This document shows, piece by piece, positions 45,957 through 55,440 of a DNA stretch of 64,000 nt (positions within the stretch are counted from its first letter, which is position 1; each line of letters opens with the position of its first letter). The notes under the pieces are model-generated. The model saw nothing but the letters and a program-made list of their open reading frames with translations. It made no database searches and had not been told where the DNA came from. A program made the position numbers and the translations under genes. Source of the DNA: a virus (lineage: Duplodnaviria > Heunggongvirae > Uroviricota > Caudoviricetes); the IMG/VR virus record IMGVR_UViG_3300045963_000153, positions 1-64,000 of that record. One strand, written 5' to 3'.

Positions 45957-46373
45957 ATGAAAGAATTACTTTATTTACTAAGAGCAATGCAATTGTATGC
46001 ACATTCTGCACATCATTTAGTGAAAGGTAATTCTTTCTTTTCTGATCATGAGTTTTTTAGTGAAGTTTATTCTGAACTAGAAGATGAGTATGATGCAGTA
46101 GCAGAACGTATTATAGGATTATTTGGGGAGCAACATTTGAAACTTCAAGATGTTCTCCAAAATTCTTTTAATAAAATTGCCGATGCGCCAAGTATTGGTA
46201 TTCCAGATAATAAATTATTTTTTGAATATCAATTTGGATTAGAACATAGACTTTGTGATTTAATTCAACAAGTACTTAAAGCTGGAGTTTCTGCTGGTAT
46301 TGAACAACTTATTGGTGAATTTTGTAATAAATCTGAAATGCGTCAATATAAAATTAAACAAAGGTTAAAGTAA
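45957..46373 (+). CDS. Dps-like / ferritin-fold protein
   Basis: LLYLLRAMQLYAHSAHHLVKGNSFFSDHEFFSEVYSELEDEYDAVAERIIGLFGE parallels the Dps signature L..L.A....Y.K...FHWNVKG..F..LH..FEE.Y.EL....D..AERI..LG. Confidence 0.5.
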   Translation: MKELLYLLRAMQLYAHSAHHLVKGNSFFSDHEFFSEVYSELEDEYDAVAERIIGLFGEQHLKLQDVLQNSFNKIADAPSIGIPDNKLFFEYQFGLEHRLCDLIQQVLKAGVSAGIEQLIGEFCNKSEMRQYKIKQRLK

Positions 46374-47155
46374 TGATTAAATCTGATGTAAAAGATGAAG
46401 ATTTAAATATACCAGAAAATGAATATGCGTATGATACACCATCTCCATATATTGGTAAATTTCCAAAACTTACTTCTGTTTTAAATGCAGACCCTACATC
46501 AATTGATAGACCAGAAACAATTAAAAGATTAAACACATATTTTAATACAATACCAGATCCAATTTCAAATAACGAACGTAAATATGTGGGTGCTTCTGAA
46601 GATTTTAGAAAATTAAGAAGAACCCAAAATGATGTTATTAATGGTTATTTAGATGATACAACTCATACAAGAAATTTAAAAGAACTAACACCAAAAATTA
46701 TACAAGATTTTGGAGTAAATCCCGTTTCTGTTGATGATTATAATACTCAATTTACTAATAATATAGGTAAACCTTTAAATGGTGGTGAATCTATACTAAA
46801 AGATGGTGATATTAAAACAAATGTTAATATGAATATGGATAAATACAATTCAAAAATTGCAAATCCAGAATTAGCATTATTTCATGAATTAAGACACGCT
46901 TATGATTTTGATCAACAGTTAAATAAATATAAAGTAAATCATGAATATCCAAGTTCACATATTTCAAAAGAAACACCAGAAGATCAAAGATTATTTTTAG
47001 CATCAAATCGTATTGGTAGTACAAATCACCATGTTCCAATGACAGATGAAAATGGTAATAATTTACCAACAATGCTTATGTATCCATTTGAAAAACTTGG
47101 ATATAGGCAAGAACCATCAATGTTTAGTAAAATAAAAGATTATTTAAAAAAATAG
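46373..47155 (+). CDS. HExxH-motif protein (putative zinc metallopeptidase)
   Basis: LALFHELRHAYDFD is a single HExxH. Confidence 0.35.
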   Translation: MIKSDVKDEDLNIPENEYAYDTPSPYIGKFPKLTSVLNADPTSIDRPETIKRLNTYFNTIPDPISNNERKYVGASEDFRKLRRTQNDVINGYLDDTTHTRNLKELTPKIIQDFGVNPVSVDDYNTQFTNNIGKPLNGGESILKDGDIKTNVNMNMDKYNSKIANPELALFHELRHAYDFDQQLNKYKVNHEYPSSHISKETPEDQRLFLASNRIGSTNHHVPMTDENGNNLPTMLMYPFEKLGYRQEPSMFSKIKDYLKK

Positions 47156-47158
47156 TAA

Positions 47159-47172
47159 ATTTAACAACTATA
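47159..47172 (+). promoter_or_regulatory. late-promoter-like element TTTAACAACTATAAT (copy 4)
   Basis: Immediately upstream of 47173. Confidence 0.4.
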
Positions 47173-47403
47173 ATGAAAGAAGTTATGAAACCATTTAAAT
47201 TTCCAAAACTGGGCGCAACAATAAAACAACATATGAATCAAAAATTTGGCGGTAATACGCAATTTAAAACTTTAGATCATATGAATGGTGAAAATAATCC
47301 AGCAAAGTTTGTTAAACCAGTTAATGATACATTTAAAGAAACTTCCGCAGAAAATAATTTAAGAAAATTTGGAAACGTGATGAGATTTCTAAAAAGTAAG
47401 TAA
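47173..47403 (+). CDS. hypothetical protein
   Basis: 76 aa. Confidence 0.3.
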   Translation: MKEVMKPFKFPKLGATIKQHMNQKFGGNTQFKTLDHMNGENNPAKFVKPVNDTFKETSAENNLRKFGNVMRFLKSK

Positions 47404-47493
47404 GCTATTTTACTTTAACAAACTCGCTCTACCGTAATAGCACGATGAGTAAACATTCGCCTACCTTTAAAAAGATGGCATTATGGAGAATAT

Positions 47494-48429
47494 ATGGAAA
47501 ACGTAGGAGCACCAACAAGTGCGGCTCCGGCAGCATTAGATGTCGGATCACAAGTAGTAGATAATAGTCAAGTAGATAGTGGTGGAGTAGAAGGTGTAGA
47601 AGCACCACAAGCTCAAGCAGCTAAAGCACAAGCAGAACAAAAGAAATATTTAAATTCTTTGAAATTAAAAGTTAATGGTCAAGAATATGATGAAGAACTT
47701 CCATTTCAAATTGAAGAAAATCCAGAAGCTGTAGAATATCTTACAAAACAACTACAACTTTCTAAAGCTGCACAAGCAGCAATGCAAGAAAATAGTAGTT
47801 ATAAAAAACAAGTAAATGCGTTTCTTGGTCAATTAAAAGGTAATACTCGTCAAGCTCTTATTGATATGGGTATTGATCCAAAAGAATTTGCAGCTTCAGT
47901 AATTGAAGATGAAATTAAAAAAGCTCAAATGTCTCCAGAACAACGTAGACAACAAGAACTTGAAACAGAATTAAATACGTTAAAAGAAGAAGCAAAACGT
48001 AAAGACGATGAGTTTAAATCTAAAGAGATGGAACGTCTTCAACAAATGGAATTCAACAAAATTGAATCTCAAATGATGAATGCAATTGAAAAAACTGATC
48101 TTCCAAAAGAACCATATATTATTCGTCGTGTAGCTGAGTATATGTATACTGCAGCAAAACATGGTGTAGAAATTACTCCAGATGAAGCAATGCCATTGGT
48201 TCGTAACGAATTACTTGCTGATCTTCAACGTATTATTAAAGTTCTTCCAGATGATAAAGCTGAAGAATTTATCGGAAAAGAAGTATTAGATCGTTTCCGT
48301 AAAAAGAATTTGGCAAAAGCTAAACAAACTCCGGGTTCAGTTAAATCTTCAATTAAAGATGTAGCAAAAACTGCTAAACCTGAAGCTCCAGTTCAAAAAC
48401 AACTAGCTAAAGATTTTTTTGGATTTTAG
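47494..48429 (+). CDS. scaffolding protein (candidate)
   Basis: Helical, Q/E/K/A-rich, 311 aa, directly upstream of the capsid-associated genes. Confidence 0.45.
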   Translation: MENVGAPTSAAPAALDVGSQVVDNSQVDSGGVEGVEAPQAQAAKAQAEQKKYLNSLKLKVNGQEYDEELPFQIEENPEAVEYLTKQLQLSKAAQAAMQENSSYKKQVNAFLGQLKGNTRQALIDMGIDPKEFAASVIEDEIKKAQMSPEQRRQQELETELNTLKEEAKRKDDEFKSKEMERLQQMEFNKIESQMMNAIEKTDLPKEPYIIRRVAEYMYTAAKHGVEITPDEAMPLVRNELLADLQRIIKVLPDDKAEEFIGKEVLDRFRKKNLAKAKQTPGSVKSSIKDVAKTAKPEAPVQKQLAKDFFGF

Positions 48430-48505
48430 TTAAATTATTGAAATTATTCACATTTTGGCCTCGGTGTAATAATGTTACATCGGGGTCGGATAAAAATTAA
48501 CGAAT

Positions 48506-48530
48506 TTTAACAACTATATATGTAAAAATT
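48506..48530 (+). promoter_or_regulatory. late-promoter-like element TTTTAACAACTATATATGTAAAAA (copy 5)
   Basis: Upstream of the 48657/capsid operon, after the hairpin at 48460-48492. Confidence 0.45.
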
Positions 48531-48656
48531 TTTTGAAGTAATCGAATTAGACGCTCTAATACCCAATTGGATTTAAAGCTATCTCTAGATGAAAAGAAGT
48601 AAGTCGGGAATTTTTCCCATAACAAATCAACAAACAATTAAATAAGGAGACATAAA

Positions 48657-48980
48657 ATGTCTATTAGTTATCAACCAAAAGACAGTTCTACACAATCTGT
48701 TGCATTGAAAGTGCAAGAGCTAACAGTAAAACTTTCTGATTCAGCAATCGTATCTCAAAGTGGTGCAGCAGTTACCATTAACGTAAATGAAGCAATTAGC
48801 GAAGTTCGTTCTGCTAGTATCTTTATCGGTTCAACTTTCGCAGCAGGAACAGTTTCTGCTATTGCAATCGTTGATCCATCAACAGGTTCAGTTACCACTA
48901 ACGGTAAAGGAATTAAAGTAACCCTCTCAACCGCAATGTTAGCAGCAGATGCTCTTACTTGCCGTTACGTTGTAGTTTAA
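48657..48980 (+). CDS. abundant small virion protein (decoration-like)
   Basis: Strong AAGGAGA RBS. Codon usage matches the capsid gene (GCT/GTT/CGT/TTC). Confidence 0.4.
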   Translation: MSISYQPKDSSTQSVALKVQELTVKLSDSAIVSQSGAAVTINVNEAISEVRSASIFIGSTFAAGTVSAIAIVDPSTGSVTTNGKGIKVTLSTAMLAADALTCRYVVV

Positions 48981-49002
48981 TAAGAAGGAGAATAAATAAT
49001 AT

Positions 49003-50262
49003 ATGTCAGCACCTAGCGCAAATACGTTTGGAACACCAAACAATACAGTAGGAACACTTAACGGTCTATTCAAAGAAGTTTATGCAGATAAACTTAAAGA
49101 ATTGATTCCAGATGGTGTTAAATTAGTAAACATGATTAAATTCATGTCAAAAGATAAACAACCGGGTAACCTTTATCACCAACCAGTAGTTCTTGGTTTG
49201 GAACACGGGATTACTTTCGCAGCTTCAGATGATGATGCATTCAGTTTGTTACCAGCTATCGCTGGAGCAATTCGTGATGCACAAGTTCGTGGTAGCCCAG
49301 CAGTACTAAGATCAGTTCTTGGTTACTCTGCAGCTTCTCGTGCAGCTCAAGGTGGAGCACAAGCGTTCATGGATGCAACTAAATTCGTAGTTGGAAACAT
49401 GCTTCGTTCTATGGCTAAGAAAATCGAAATCGAAATGTTCTACGGTCAAGTTGGTTATGCAACCATCAATACCGCTTCTGGAACTTTGCTTACAATTAAC
49501 GCTGCTGAATGGGCACCGGGAATTTGGGCAGGAGCAGAAAAAATGCCAATCGAAGTTCGTGATTCTACTGGTGCAACCGTTCGTGGTTCTGCTAACGTAC
49601 AATCAGTTGATCTTAACGCTCAAACTGTTACTACCGATTCAGCTATTGCTGGTGTAGTTAACGGCGACGTTATTTGGCACAAAGGAGCATACGGTAACGA
49701 GTTTATTGGTCTTCATAAGATCATTCAACAAACTGGTATCACTACTTTGTTCAACATCGATACTTCTACTTATAACCTTTTCAAAGGTAATACTTACGAT
49801 GCTCAATCTGGTGCTCTTAGCTTTGCTAAATTGAACCAAGCTGTTGCTCGTGCAGTAGAAAAAGGTCTTGAAACTAAAGTAACTGCTTTCGTTAACCCTC
49901 GTGGTTGGGCGAACATGCTTAATGACCAAGCTGCACTTCGTAAATATGATGGTTCTTACAGCCGTAAGAAACTTGACAATGGATCTGAAGCTCTTTCTTT
50001 CTTCTCTCAAAACGGAGAAATTGAAATCATCCCTTCAATCTACGTTAAACAAGGTTATGCTTACCTTATCCCAGTTGAAGATTTTGCTCGTGTAGGATCT
50101 ACCGACATTACCTTCAAACGTCCGGGCCAAGTTGACGGAAATTTCTTCCGTGACCTTGAAAATGCTGCTGGTTATGAACTTCGTTGTTATACTGACCAAG
50201 CTCTCTTTAACGCAGCTCCGGGCCGTTCTACTCTTGTTTACAACATTGTAAACCAAGCTTAG
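49003..50262 (+). CDS. major capsid protein
   Basis: 419 aa, AAGGAG RBS, strongly biased highly-expressed codon usage. It sits after the scaffold, and a strong rho-independent terminator follows. Confidence 0.7.
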   Translation: MSAPSANTFGTPNNTVGTLNGLFKEVYADKLKELIPDGVKLVNMIKFMSKDKQPGNLYHQPVVLGLEHGITFAASDDDAFSLLPAIAGAIRDAQVRGSPAVLRSVLGYSAASRAAQGGAQAFMDATKFVVGNMLRSMAKKIEIEMFYGQVGYATINTASGTLLTINAAEWAPGIWAGAEKMPIEVRDSTGATVRGSANVQSVDLNAQTVTTDSAIAGVVNGDVIWHKGAYGNEFIGLHKIIQQTGITTLFNIDTSTYNLFKGNTYDAQSGALSFAKLNQAVARAVEKGLETKVTAFVNPRGWANMLNDQAALRKYDGSYSRKKLDNGSEALSFFSQNGEIEIIPSIYVKQGYAYLIPVEDFARVGSTDITFKRPGQVDGNFFRDLENAAGYELRCYTDQALFNAAPGRSTLVYNIVNQA

Positions 50263-50287
50263 TAATTAATTGAAATAATTAAATTAA

Positions 50288-50324
50288 GGCTCGGGGGGAG
50301 ATTCCCTTCGGGCCTTTTTTGTTT
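50288..50324 (+). terminator. rho-independent terminator after the capsid gene
   Basis: GGCTCGGGGGGAG-ATT-CCCTTCGGGCC followed by TTTTTTGTTT. Confidence 0.7.
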
Positions 50325-50345
50325 ATTTAACAACTAATATTAGTA
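50324..50345 (+). promoter_or_regulatory. late-promoter-like element TATTTAACAACTAATATTAG (copy 6)
   Basis: Just after the capsid terminator, upstream of 50410. Confidence 0.4.
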
Positions 50346-50409
50346 GTTGGTTTTTTATTTTTATCCTCCGAGTTAATAACCCCCTTGGAGTATAAATGGA
50401 GGAAATCAA

Positions 50410-51246
50410 ATGAAAAGTATGTTGTTAGTTTTAGTTTCTTTATTTTTACCTATCAATATTTGTGCTACTCAAATGTGTACAATTCTTGATAATGCTAATG
50501 GTTTAGAAATTTCCGTTAATTCTCAAACTGGCTTAAGTGAAACCCAATTCAATTCTGTTCTTTCAGAATTTAATACTATCTATGCCCCTATTGTTCGTTC
50601 ACACGGCTTTAATTTGGTTTTAAAGAACAAATGGAAAGATGCTACCGTAAACTCAGATACCACTGTAAGTGGTTCAGATTGGGTTATTAATGCTTATGGT
50701 GGGCTTGCTAGATATTCTATCATGACTCCAGATGCATATATGTTAGTTCTTTGTCACGAGATGGGTCATCATTTAGGTGGTTATCCTAATATGGGGTGGG
50801 CTTCAAATGAAGGTCAATCTGATTATTATGCTACAGCTAAATGTTTTCCAAGAACAAGTTTTGGTAAAAAAAGTTCATTAAGAATGGTTCCAGAAGTAGT
50901 TACAGAACATTGCAGTTTACAACATGTTGCATCAAATGAAGTTAATGTTTGTAAAAATTCAGCAATGGCTGGTCTTACTTTAGCTCAGGTTCTTAGAGGA
51001 TTAAGTAATAGTCCAAATCAAGTTGATTTTATTACTCCAGATCCGACTAAAGTATCTAGAACAGATAATTCACATCCAGAAGCACAATGTCGTTTAGATA
51101 CATATTTTGCTGGGGCTGTTTGTGGTAAACCCTATACACAAGATTTTTCATCAAATAGTCCAATTCAAGGTGCTTGTTCAGAAGAAGCAAATGAAAGCAT
51201 AGGCATTCGTCCTCGTTGTTGGTATAAACCCAATAATTTCCGTTAG
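50410..51246 (+). CDS. secreted HExxH zinc metallopeptidase-like protein
   Basis: Signal peptide MKSMLLVLVSLFLPINICAT. Zincin motif LVLCHEMGHHLGG. Several Cys pairs. Confidence 0.5.
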   Translation: MKSMLLVLVSLFLPINICATQMCTILDNANGLEISVNSQTGLSETQFNSVLSEFNTIYAPIVRSHGFNLVLKNKWKDATVNSDTTVSGSDWVINAYGGLARYSIMTPDAYMLVLCHEMGHHLGGYPNMGWASNEGQSDYYATAKCFPRTSFGKKSSLRMVPEVVTEHCSLQHVASNEVNVCKNSAMAGLTLAQVLRGLSNSPNQVDFITPDPTKVSRTDNSHPEAQCRLDTYFAGAVCGKPYTQDFSSNSPIQGACSEEANESIGIRPRCWYKPNNFR

Positions 51247-51263
51247 TTATAATAATTACTAAA

Positions 51264-51289
51264 TTTTAACAACTAGGGATGTATATAAT
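51264..51289 (+). promoter_or_regulatory. late-promoter-like element TTTTAACAACTAGGGATGTATATAAT (copy 7)
   Basis: Upstream of 51293. Confidence 0.5.
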
Positions 51290-51292
51290 CCT

Positions 51293-51550
51293 ATGTTAAA
51301 TTCATTAATAAATTTCTTTCTTTTAATTAATAAGAAAACTGGAAAACCTTCGTATTCTACTACGATGGTTGTTTTTGGTTTTTTTATTATTAATTTAAAA
51401 TTATTATTTTCAGGTATTACATATAAAGGCATTAAATGTTCTGATTTTTCTGGTGTAGATTATTCAGCATGTCTTGCTGCAATAAGTGGTCTTCATATTG
51501 GAAATAAAATAGTGAATAAAAAATCAACTGATAAAGAGGCACAAGAATAA
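51293..51550 (+). CDS. small membrane protein
   Basis: TM helix TMVVFGFFIINLKLLF. Confidence 0.3.
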   Translation: MLNSLINFFLLINKKTGKPSYSTTMVVFGFFIINLKLLFSGITYKGIKCSDFSGVDYSACLAAISGLHIGNKIVNKKSTDKEAQE

Positions 51551-52059
51551 TGTCACAAAGAGTGCAAATTGGTTCTACCATTATTAATTTTCCTACATCT
51601 GGAACCGATGCAAACTGGGCAGATGCAGTCGATTTATTTGTAACCGCAGTAGAACAACAACTTTCTACAATCTCCAATGTTAATGATATTCCAAATATTG
51701 TTACTCAACTTCCTGATGGTTCAAGTGGATTTATTCTTACTCAAGCAATATTTGATCACACTTTAGTACGTTCTTTTAATTTTGATTATGGTATTTACAG
51801 AAATACAAAAATATCTACATTACCAGATGTTTATTTTAATTTAGCAGAAGTTGGTAAAGTTTATGGTGTATATAATACACAAGAGGCAACTTGGACTTTA
51901 CAACACGAATTTTCTGGACCTAGACAAGCAGACGGAACTCCATATCATGAATTTAGTATTTCAAATGATACTTTGCAAATGAAAATTGTTGCAATTAATG
52001 GTTCTGCTCCTACTGGACAAATAACTTACTCTGCAAGAACAGAAGCAATAACGAGCTAA
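51550..52059 (+). CDS. structural protein (tail or baseplate-associated)
   Basis: 169 aa. ATGA overlap chain with the neighbours. Confidence 0.35.
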   Translation: MSQRVQIGSTIINFPTSGTDANWADAVDLFVTAVEQQLSTISNVNDIPNIVTQLPDGSSGFILTQAIFDHTLVRSFNFDYGIYRNTKISTLPDVYFNLAEVGKVYGVYNTQEATWTLQHEFSGPRQADGTPYHEFSISNDTLQMKIVAINGSAPTGQITYSARTEAITS

Positions 52060-52061
52060 TA

Positions 52062-54134
52062 ATGTCAAATAAAAATTATAAAAATTTTGTAAACGGAATT
52101 GCAATAGTACCAAAAACTGGTTCTACTAGTTCTAATGCTATTCTTGGTGATATTGATTTAATTTCTTCAGATAAAAAACTTAGATTTCATAATGGTACTA
52201 TTAATGATCCAATTGTACAAGAAAATGTAGCTGCTACACTTACAAATAAATCAATTGATGCAAATACAAATACTATTACAAATCTTTCAAATATAAATTT
52301 AAACGGTTCTGCTGCTATTTCTAATAATAATTTAGCACCAATGCCAGCAAATACATTAAAAGCAAATATTGGAAGCGTTTCTTCAGTTCCTTCCGATATT
52401 ACCTTTGTATCTACAAATACACCTTCAAGTGGTGTATTAAGAGATGCTTCTGGTAATTTTTCTGCAAATGACATTACTGCAAATAATATCATTGCAAATA
52501 AAGTAACTGGAGCAACGATTGAAGCAACTGCAGTAATTGAACTAGACCAAACTATTGATACATCAATAATTGGTGATAATGTAAATTTACCATTACCAGC
52601 AACTAGTTCTTTAATTTTTGGTATTACTAGCCCGGCAAGTGGGCTTATTGGTATTCAAAATATTGGTGTTGGTGAAATTGGACAACTTTTATTTATTAAA
52701 AATGATAGTGGTGCTAGTATTAAATTTTATAATAATACTTCTGGTACTGGTGCTAAAATTATTACTGGTACTCAAAATACATTAGTTCTTACAAATGAAT
52801 CATCATTATTACTTGAATTTAATTCTAATAATTCTTGTTGGAATGTTATTGGTGGAAGTGGTTCTGCAGTTTCTACTGGTGATATGAAAAAAGATGATTT
52901 TAGTGGCACTGGTTCTCAAACTATTTTTACATTAAGTTCAGACCCTGTAACACAAAATAATACTTTTGTTTTTATTAATGGTGTTTATCAACAAAAATCT
53001 ACTTATACTATTGCTAGTACAACTTTAACTTTTAGTTCTGCTCCTCCGGTTGGAACAAATAATATTGAAGTAATGTATCCAATTATTTATGCTATTGGAA
53101 CTCCTTCAGATAATACAATATCAAACGCTAAACTTCAAATAAATTCAGTAAGTACATCAAATATTGTTGATGGAAATATTACTTTATCAAAAATGGCAGT
53201 AAATTCAGTAAGTACTTCCAATATTATTAATAATAGTATTACTAATGCAAAATTAGCTAATGTACCAGCATTAACAATTAAAGGTAATAATACTGGAAGT
53301 TCTGCTACACCAACAGATCTTACGGTTGCACAAGTTAATACAATGCTTAATGCAACAATACCACCAGTACGAATGACTTCAATACTAAATAATACTTTAT
53401 TTTATTCTGGTTATTCTTTTGTATTAAGTGGATCTGTTACTGTATCCGTTGGAGATACATATACAAATAATGGACAAACTTTTACTGTATCTTATTTAGA
53501 TAATATTTTTGGATTTTTAGTTTGTACTGGAACAGGTTCTCCAACATCTTCTGGTAATTTGGTTGTTGCTACTGGTTCAGGAACTACACCAATTCCATTT
53601 GTTGCAGTTACTCCAGTTTTTATTCCAAGATCAACTACTAAATATTTAAAAATTAGAATGGTCGGTGGTGGTGGTGGAACTAATGGATTAAGCGTTGTTG
53701 CTGGTAATGATACAACATTTGGTTACGGTTTATCTATTGCAACAGCATATGGTGCAGATTCAAGTTCTAATGGTGGTAGTTATAATTTAAATGGTGTGGG
53801 TGAAGGATTTGGTATTAATGGTGGTTGTGGAAGTACTGCACATGCTGGTGGTGGTGCTCCTCAACCCGGTGATGCTGGTGGAAATAGCCCTTTTGGTGGT
53901 GCGGGGGGTGGTGGTGGTTCTCCTACTAATGCTGCTGCAAATACTGGAAGTGGTGCTGGTGGTGCTCCGGGTGGTGGTGGATTTAATGGTGCATCAGGAG
54001 GTGCTGGCGGTTATTTAGAATTTTACGTTTTTAGTCCACTTAATCCATATTATACATATTCTGTTGCTCCTGCTGTTGGATCTTCTAACCTTGGTGGTTC
54101 TGGAATTATTATTATTGAGGAGCATTCAATCTAA
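52062..54134 (+). CDS. tail fibre protein with a Gly-rich C-terminal region
   Basis: 690 aa, Asn/Thr/Ser-rich. C-terminal GGGGTNG...GGGAPQPGDAGGNSPFGGAGGGGGSP...GGAPGGGGFNGASGGAGGY. Confidence 0.5.
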   Translation: MSNKNYKNFVNGIAIVPKTGSTSSNAILGDIDLISSDKKLRFHNGTINDPIVQENVAATLTNKSIDANTNTITNLSNINLNGSAAISNNNLAPMPANTLKANIGSVSSVPSDITFVSTNTPSSGVLRDASGNFSANDITANNIIANKVTGATIEATAVIELDQTIDTSIIGDNVNLPLPATSSLIFGITSPASGLIGIQNIGVGEIGQLLFIKNDSGASIKFYNNTSGTGAKIITGTQNTLVLTNESSLLLEFNSNNSCWNVIGGSGSAVSTGDMKKDDFSGTGSQTIFTLSSDPVTQNNTFVFINGVYQQKSTYTIASTTLTFSSAPPVGTNNIEVMYPIIYAIGTPSDNTISNAKLQINSVSTSNIVDGNITLSKMAVNSVSTSNIINNSITNAKLANVPALTIKGNNTGSSATPTDLTVAQVNTMLNATIPPVRMTSILNNTLFYSGYSFVLSGSVTVSVGDTYTNNGQTFTVSYLDNIFGFLVCTGTGSPTSSGNLVVATGSGTTPIPFVAVTPVFIPRSTTKYLKIRMVGGGGGTNGLSVVAGNDTTFGYGLSIATAYGADSSSNGGSYNLNGVGEGFGINGGCGSTAHAGGGAPQPGDAGGNSPFGGAGGGGGSPTNAAANTGSGAGGAPGGGGFNGASGGAGGYLEFYVFSPLNPYYTYSVAPAVGSSNLGGSGIIIIEEHSI

Positions 54135-54658
54135 TGAGCTTAACACAAATTACTTTACCATTATTAGATCCAAGTATTTTAAATGCAATAATGCCAACAG
54201 GAGCAGTTATTCCATTTGCTGGATCAAGTTCTCCTAGTGGATTTTTATTATGCGATGGTTCAGCAATATCTAGAACTACATACGCAACATTATTTTCTAC
54301 CATTGGAACAACTTTTGGATCTGGTGATGGATCAACAACATTTAATATTCCAAATACACAAGGTATATTTGTAAGAGGAGCAGGGTCACAATCTATTGGT
54401 GGCCTTACTTATACTGGAACTTTGGGAACATCTCAAAATGATGCAACTAAGAAAAATGGATTAGGTATAAATGATTCCCATACACATAGTTATGTACAAC
54501 CATTAGTTGGTGGTGGAAGTCAAGGTGTTGGTGGAAATACAAGTTTACCACTTACTACTGGTGGAACTACAGGTGCAAATACTGCAATTACTTTAACATC
54601 TGGTGATTCTGAAACTCGTCCAGCAAATATTAGTTTAAATTATATTATTAAAACGTAA
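54134..54658 (+). CDS. phage tail collar domain protein (T4 gp36/gp12-type receptor-binding tip)
   Basis: VIPFAGSSSPSGFLLCDGSAISRTTYATLFSTIGTTFGSGDGSTTFNIPNTQGIFVRGAG matches the Collar consensus (FAG...P.GWL.CDG...S...Y..LF..IG..YG.GDGSTTF.LPD.RGRF). Confidence 0.7.
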   Translation: MSLTQITLPLLDPSILNAIMPTGAVIPFAGSSSPSGFLLCDGSAISRTTYATLFSTIGTTFGSGDGSTTFNIPNTQGIFVRGAGSQSIGGLTYTGTLGTSQNDATKKNGLGINDSHTHSYVQPLVGGGSQGVGGNTSLPLTTGGTTGANTAITLTSGDSETRPANISLNYIIKT

Positions 54659-54667
54659 GGAAATAAC

Positions 54668-54940
54668 ATGTCAAATACAAGTAAAAATTTAGGTGAAGTA
54701 GATGCAAATCAAACATTAATGTTGTGTTATAATCCATCTGATGCATCTTTTTCTATGGCAGATCAATGGGTTCAAGCAGTTATTGGTCGTACAATTACAA
54801 ACGTAATTACTACAACGACAGCAACTGGTGATACTGTAACTTCAACATATACAGAAGGTAGTAATACTCTTTTTGTAATTAAAACTATTTATACTGATAA
54901 TACATATAAAATGAAATTGAGTCAAACAAGGTTGTCATAA
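54668..54940 (+). CDS. hypothetical structural protein
   Basis: 90 aa. Confidence 0.3.
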   Translation: MSNTSKNLGEVDANQTLMLCYNPSDASFSMADQWVQAVIGRTITNVITTTTATGDTVTSTYTEGSNTLFVIKTIYTDNTYKMKLSQTRLS

Positions 54941-55170
54941 TGTCTCGTAAATACACTCTGTATGATCCACATCAAATTACAGTAAAAACTTTTAACGAAG
55001 AAAATGAAAGTGTTCGAGTTACAATTGTTAACCCAGAACATTTACCAAAAGATAAAGAAATTGTTAAAGAGATAGTAACAAAAGTAGAATATAAAGAATT
55101 ACCAATTTGGATAAGAATTTGCTTAGTGATGCAATTCATATCTATACTAATTTTATCACTAAAAAAATAG
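54940..55170 (+). CDS. small protein with a C-terminal TM helix
   Basis: IRICLVMQFISILILSL. Confidence 0.3.
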   Translation: MSRKYTLYDPHQITVKTFNEENESVRVTIVNPEHLPKDKEIVKEIVTKVEYKELPIWIRICLVMQFISILILSLKK

Positions 55171-55179
55171 GAGAAAAAA

Positions 55180-55419
55180 ATGGCATATTTAGCATTAAAG
55201 ATTTACGCACCAAATTATTCGGTAAACGATATGAACGTTAAAGTTGAAGGTGGAGATGCAACTAAACCACAAGAAGTTATTAACGAACTTTCAAAATTAT
55301 TGGATGGAATTAAAGCTGGAGCAATTGAAGCTTCTGTAGCATTTGCAACTAGCCCTGCAGATATTTCTATCGGAGCAGCAGGTTCTGGTGGAGTTTCTGG
55401 AACAGCTAATCTTCTTTAA
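55180..55419 (+). CDS. hypothetical protein
   Basis: 79 aa. AGGAGAAAAAA RBS. Confidence 0.35.
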   Translation: MAYLALKIYAPNYSVNDMNVKVEGGDATKPQEVINELSKLLDGIKAGAIEASVAFATSPADISIGAAGSGGVSGTANLL

Positions 55420-55440
55420 TAAATAGTAAAGGAAAATAAT

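Noticed and set aside
48460-48492. Rho-independent terminator after the scaffold gene (GCCTCGGTGTAA...TTACATCGGGG)
   Set aside because: The stem relies on several G-U pairs and is not followed by a U-tract. It may be an RNA processing or stability hairpin instead. Not called as a terminator.
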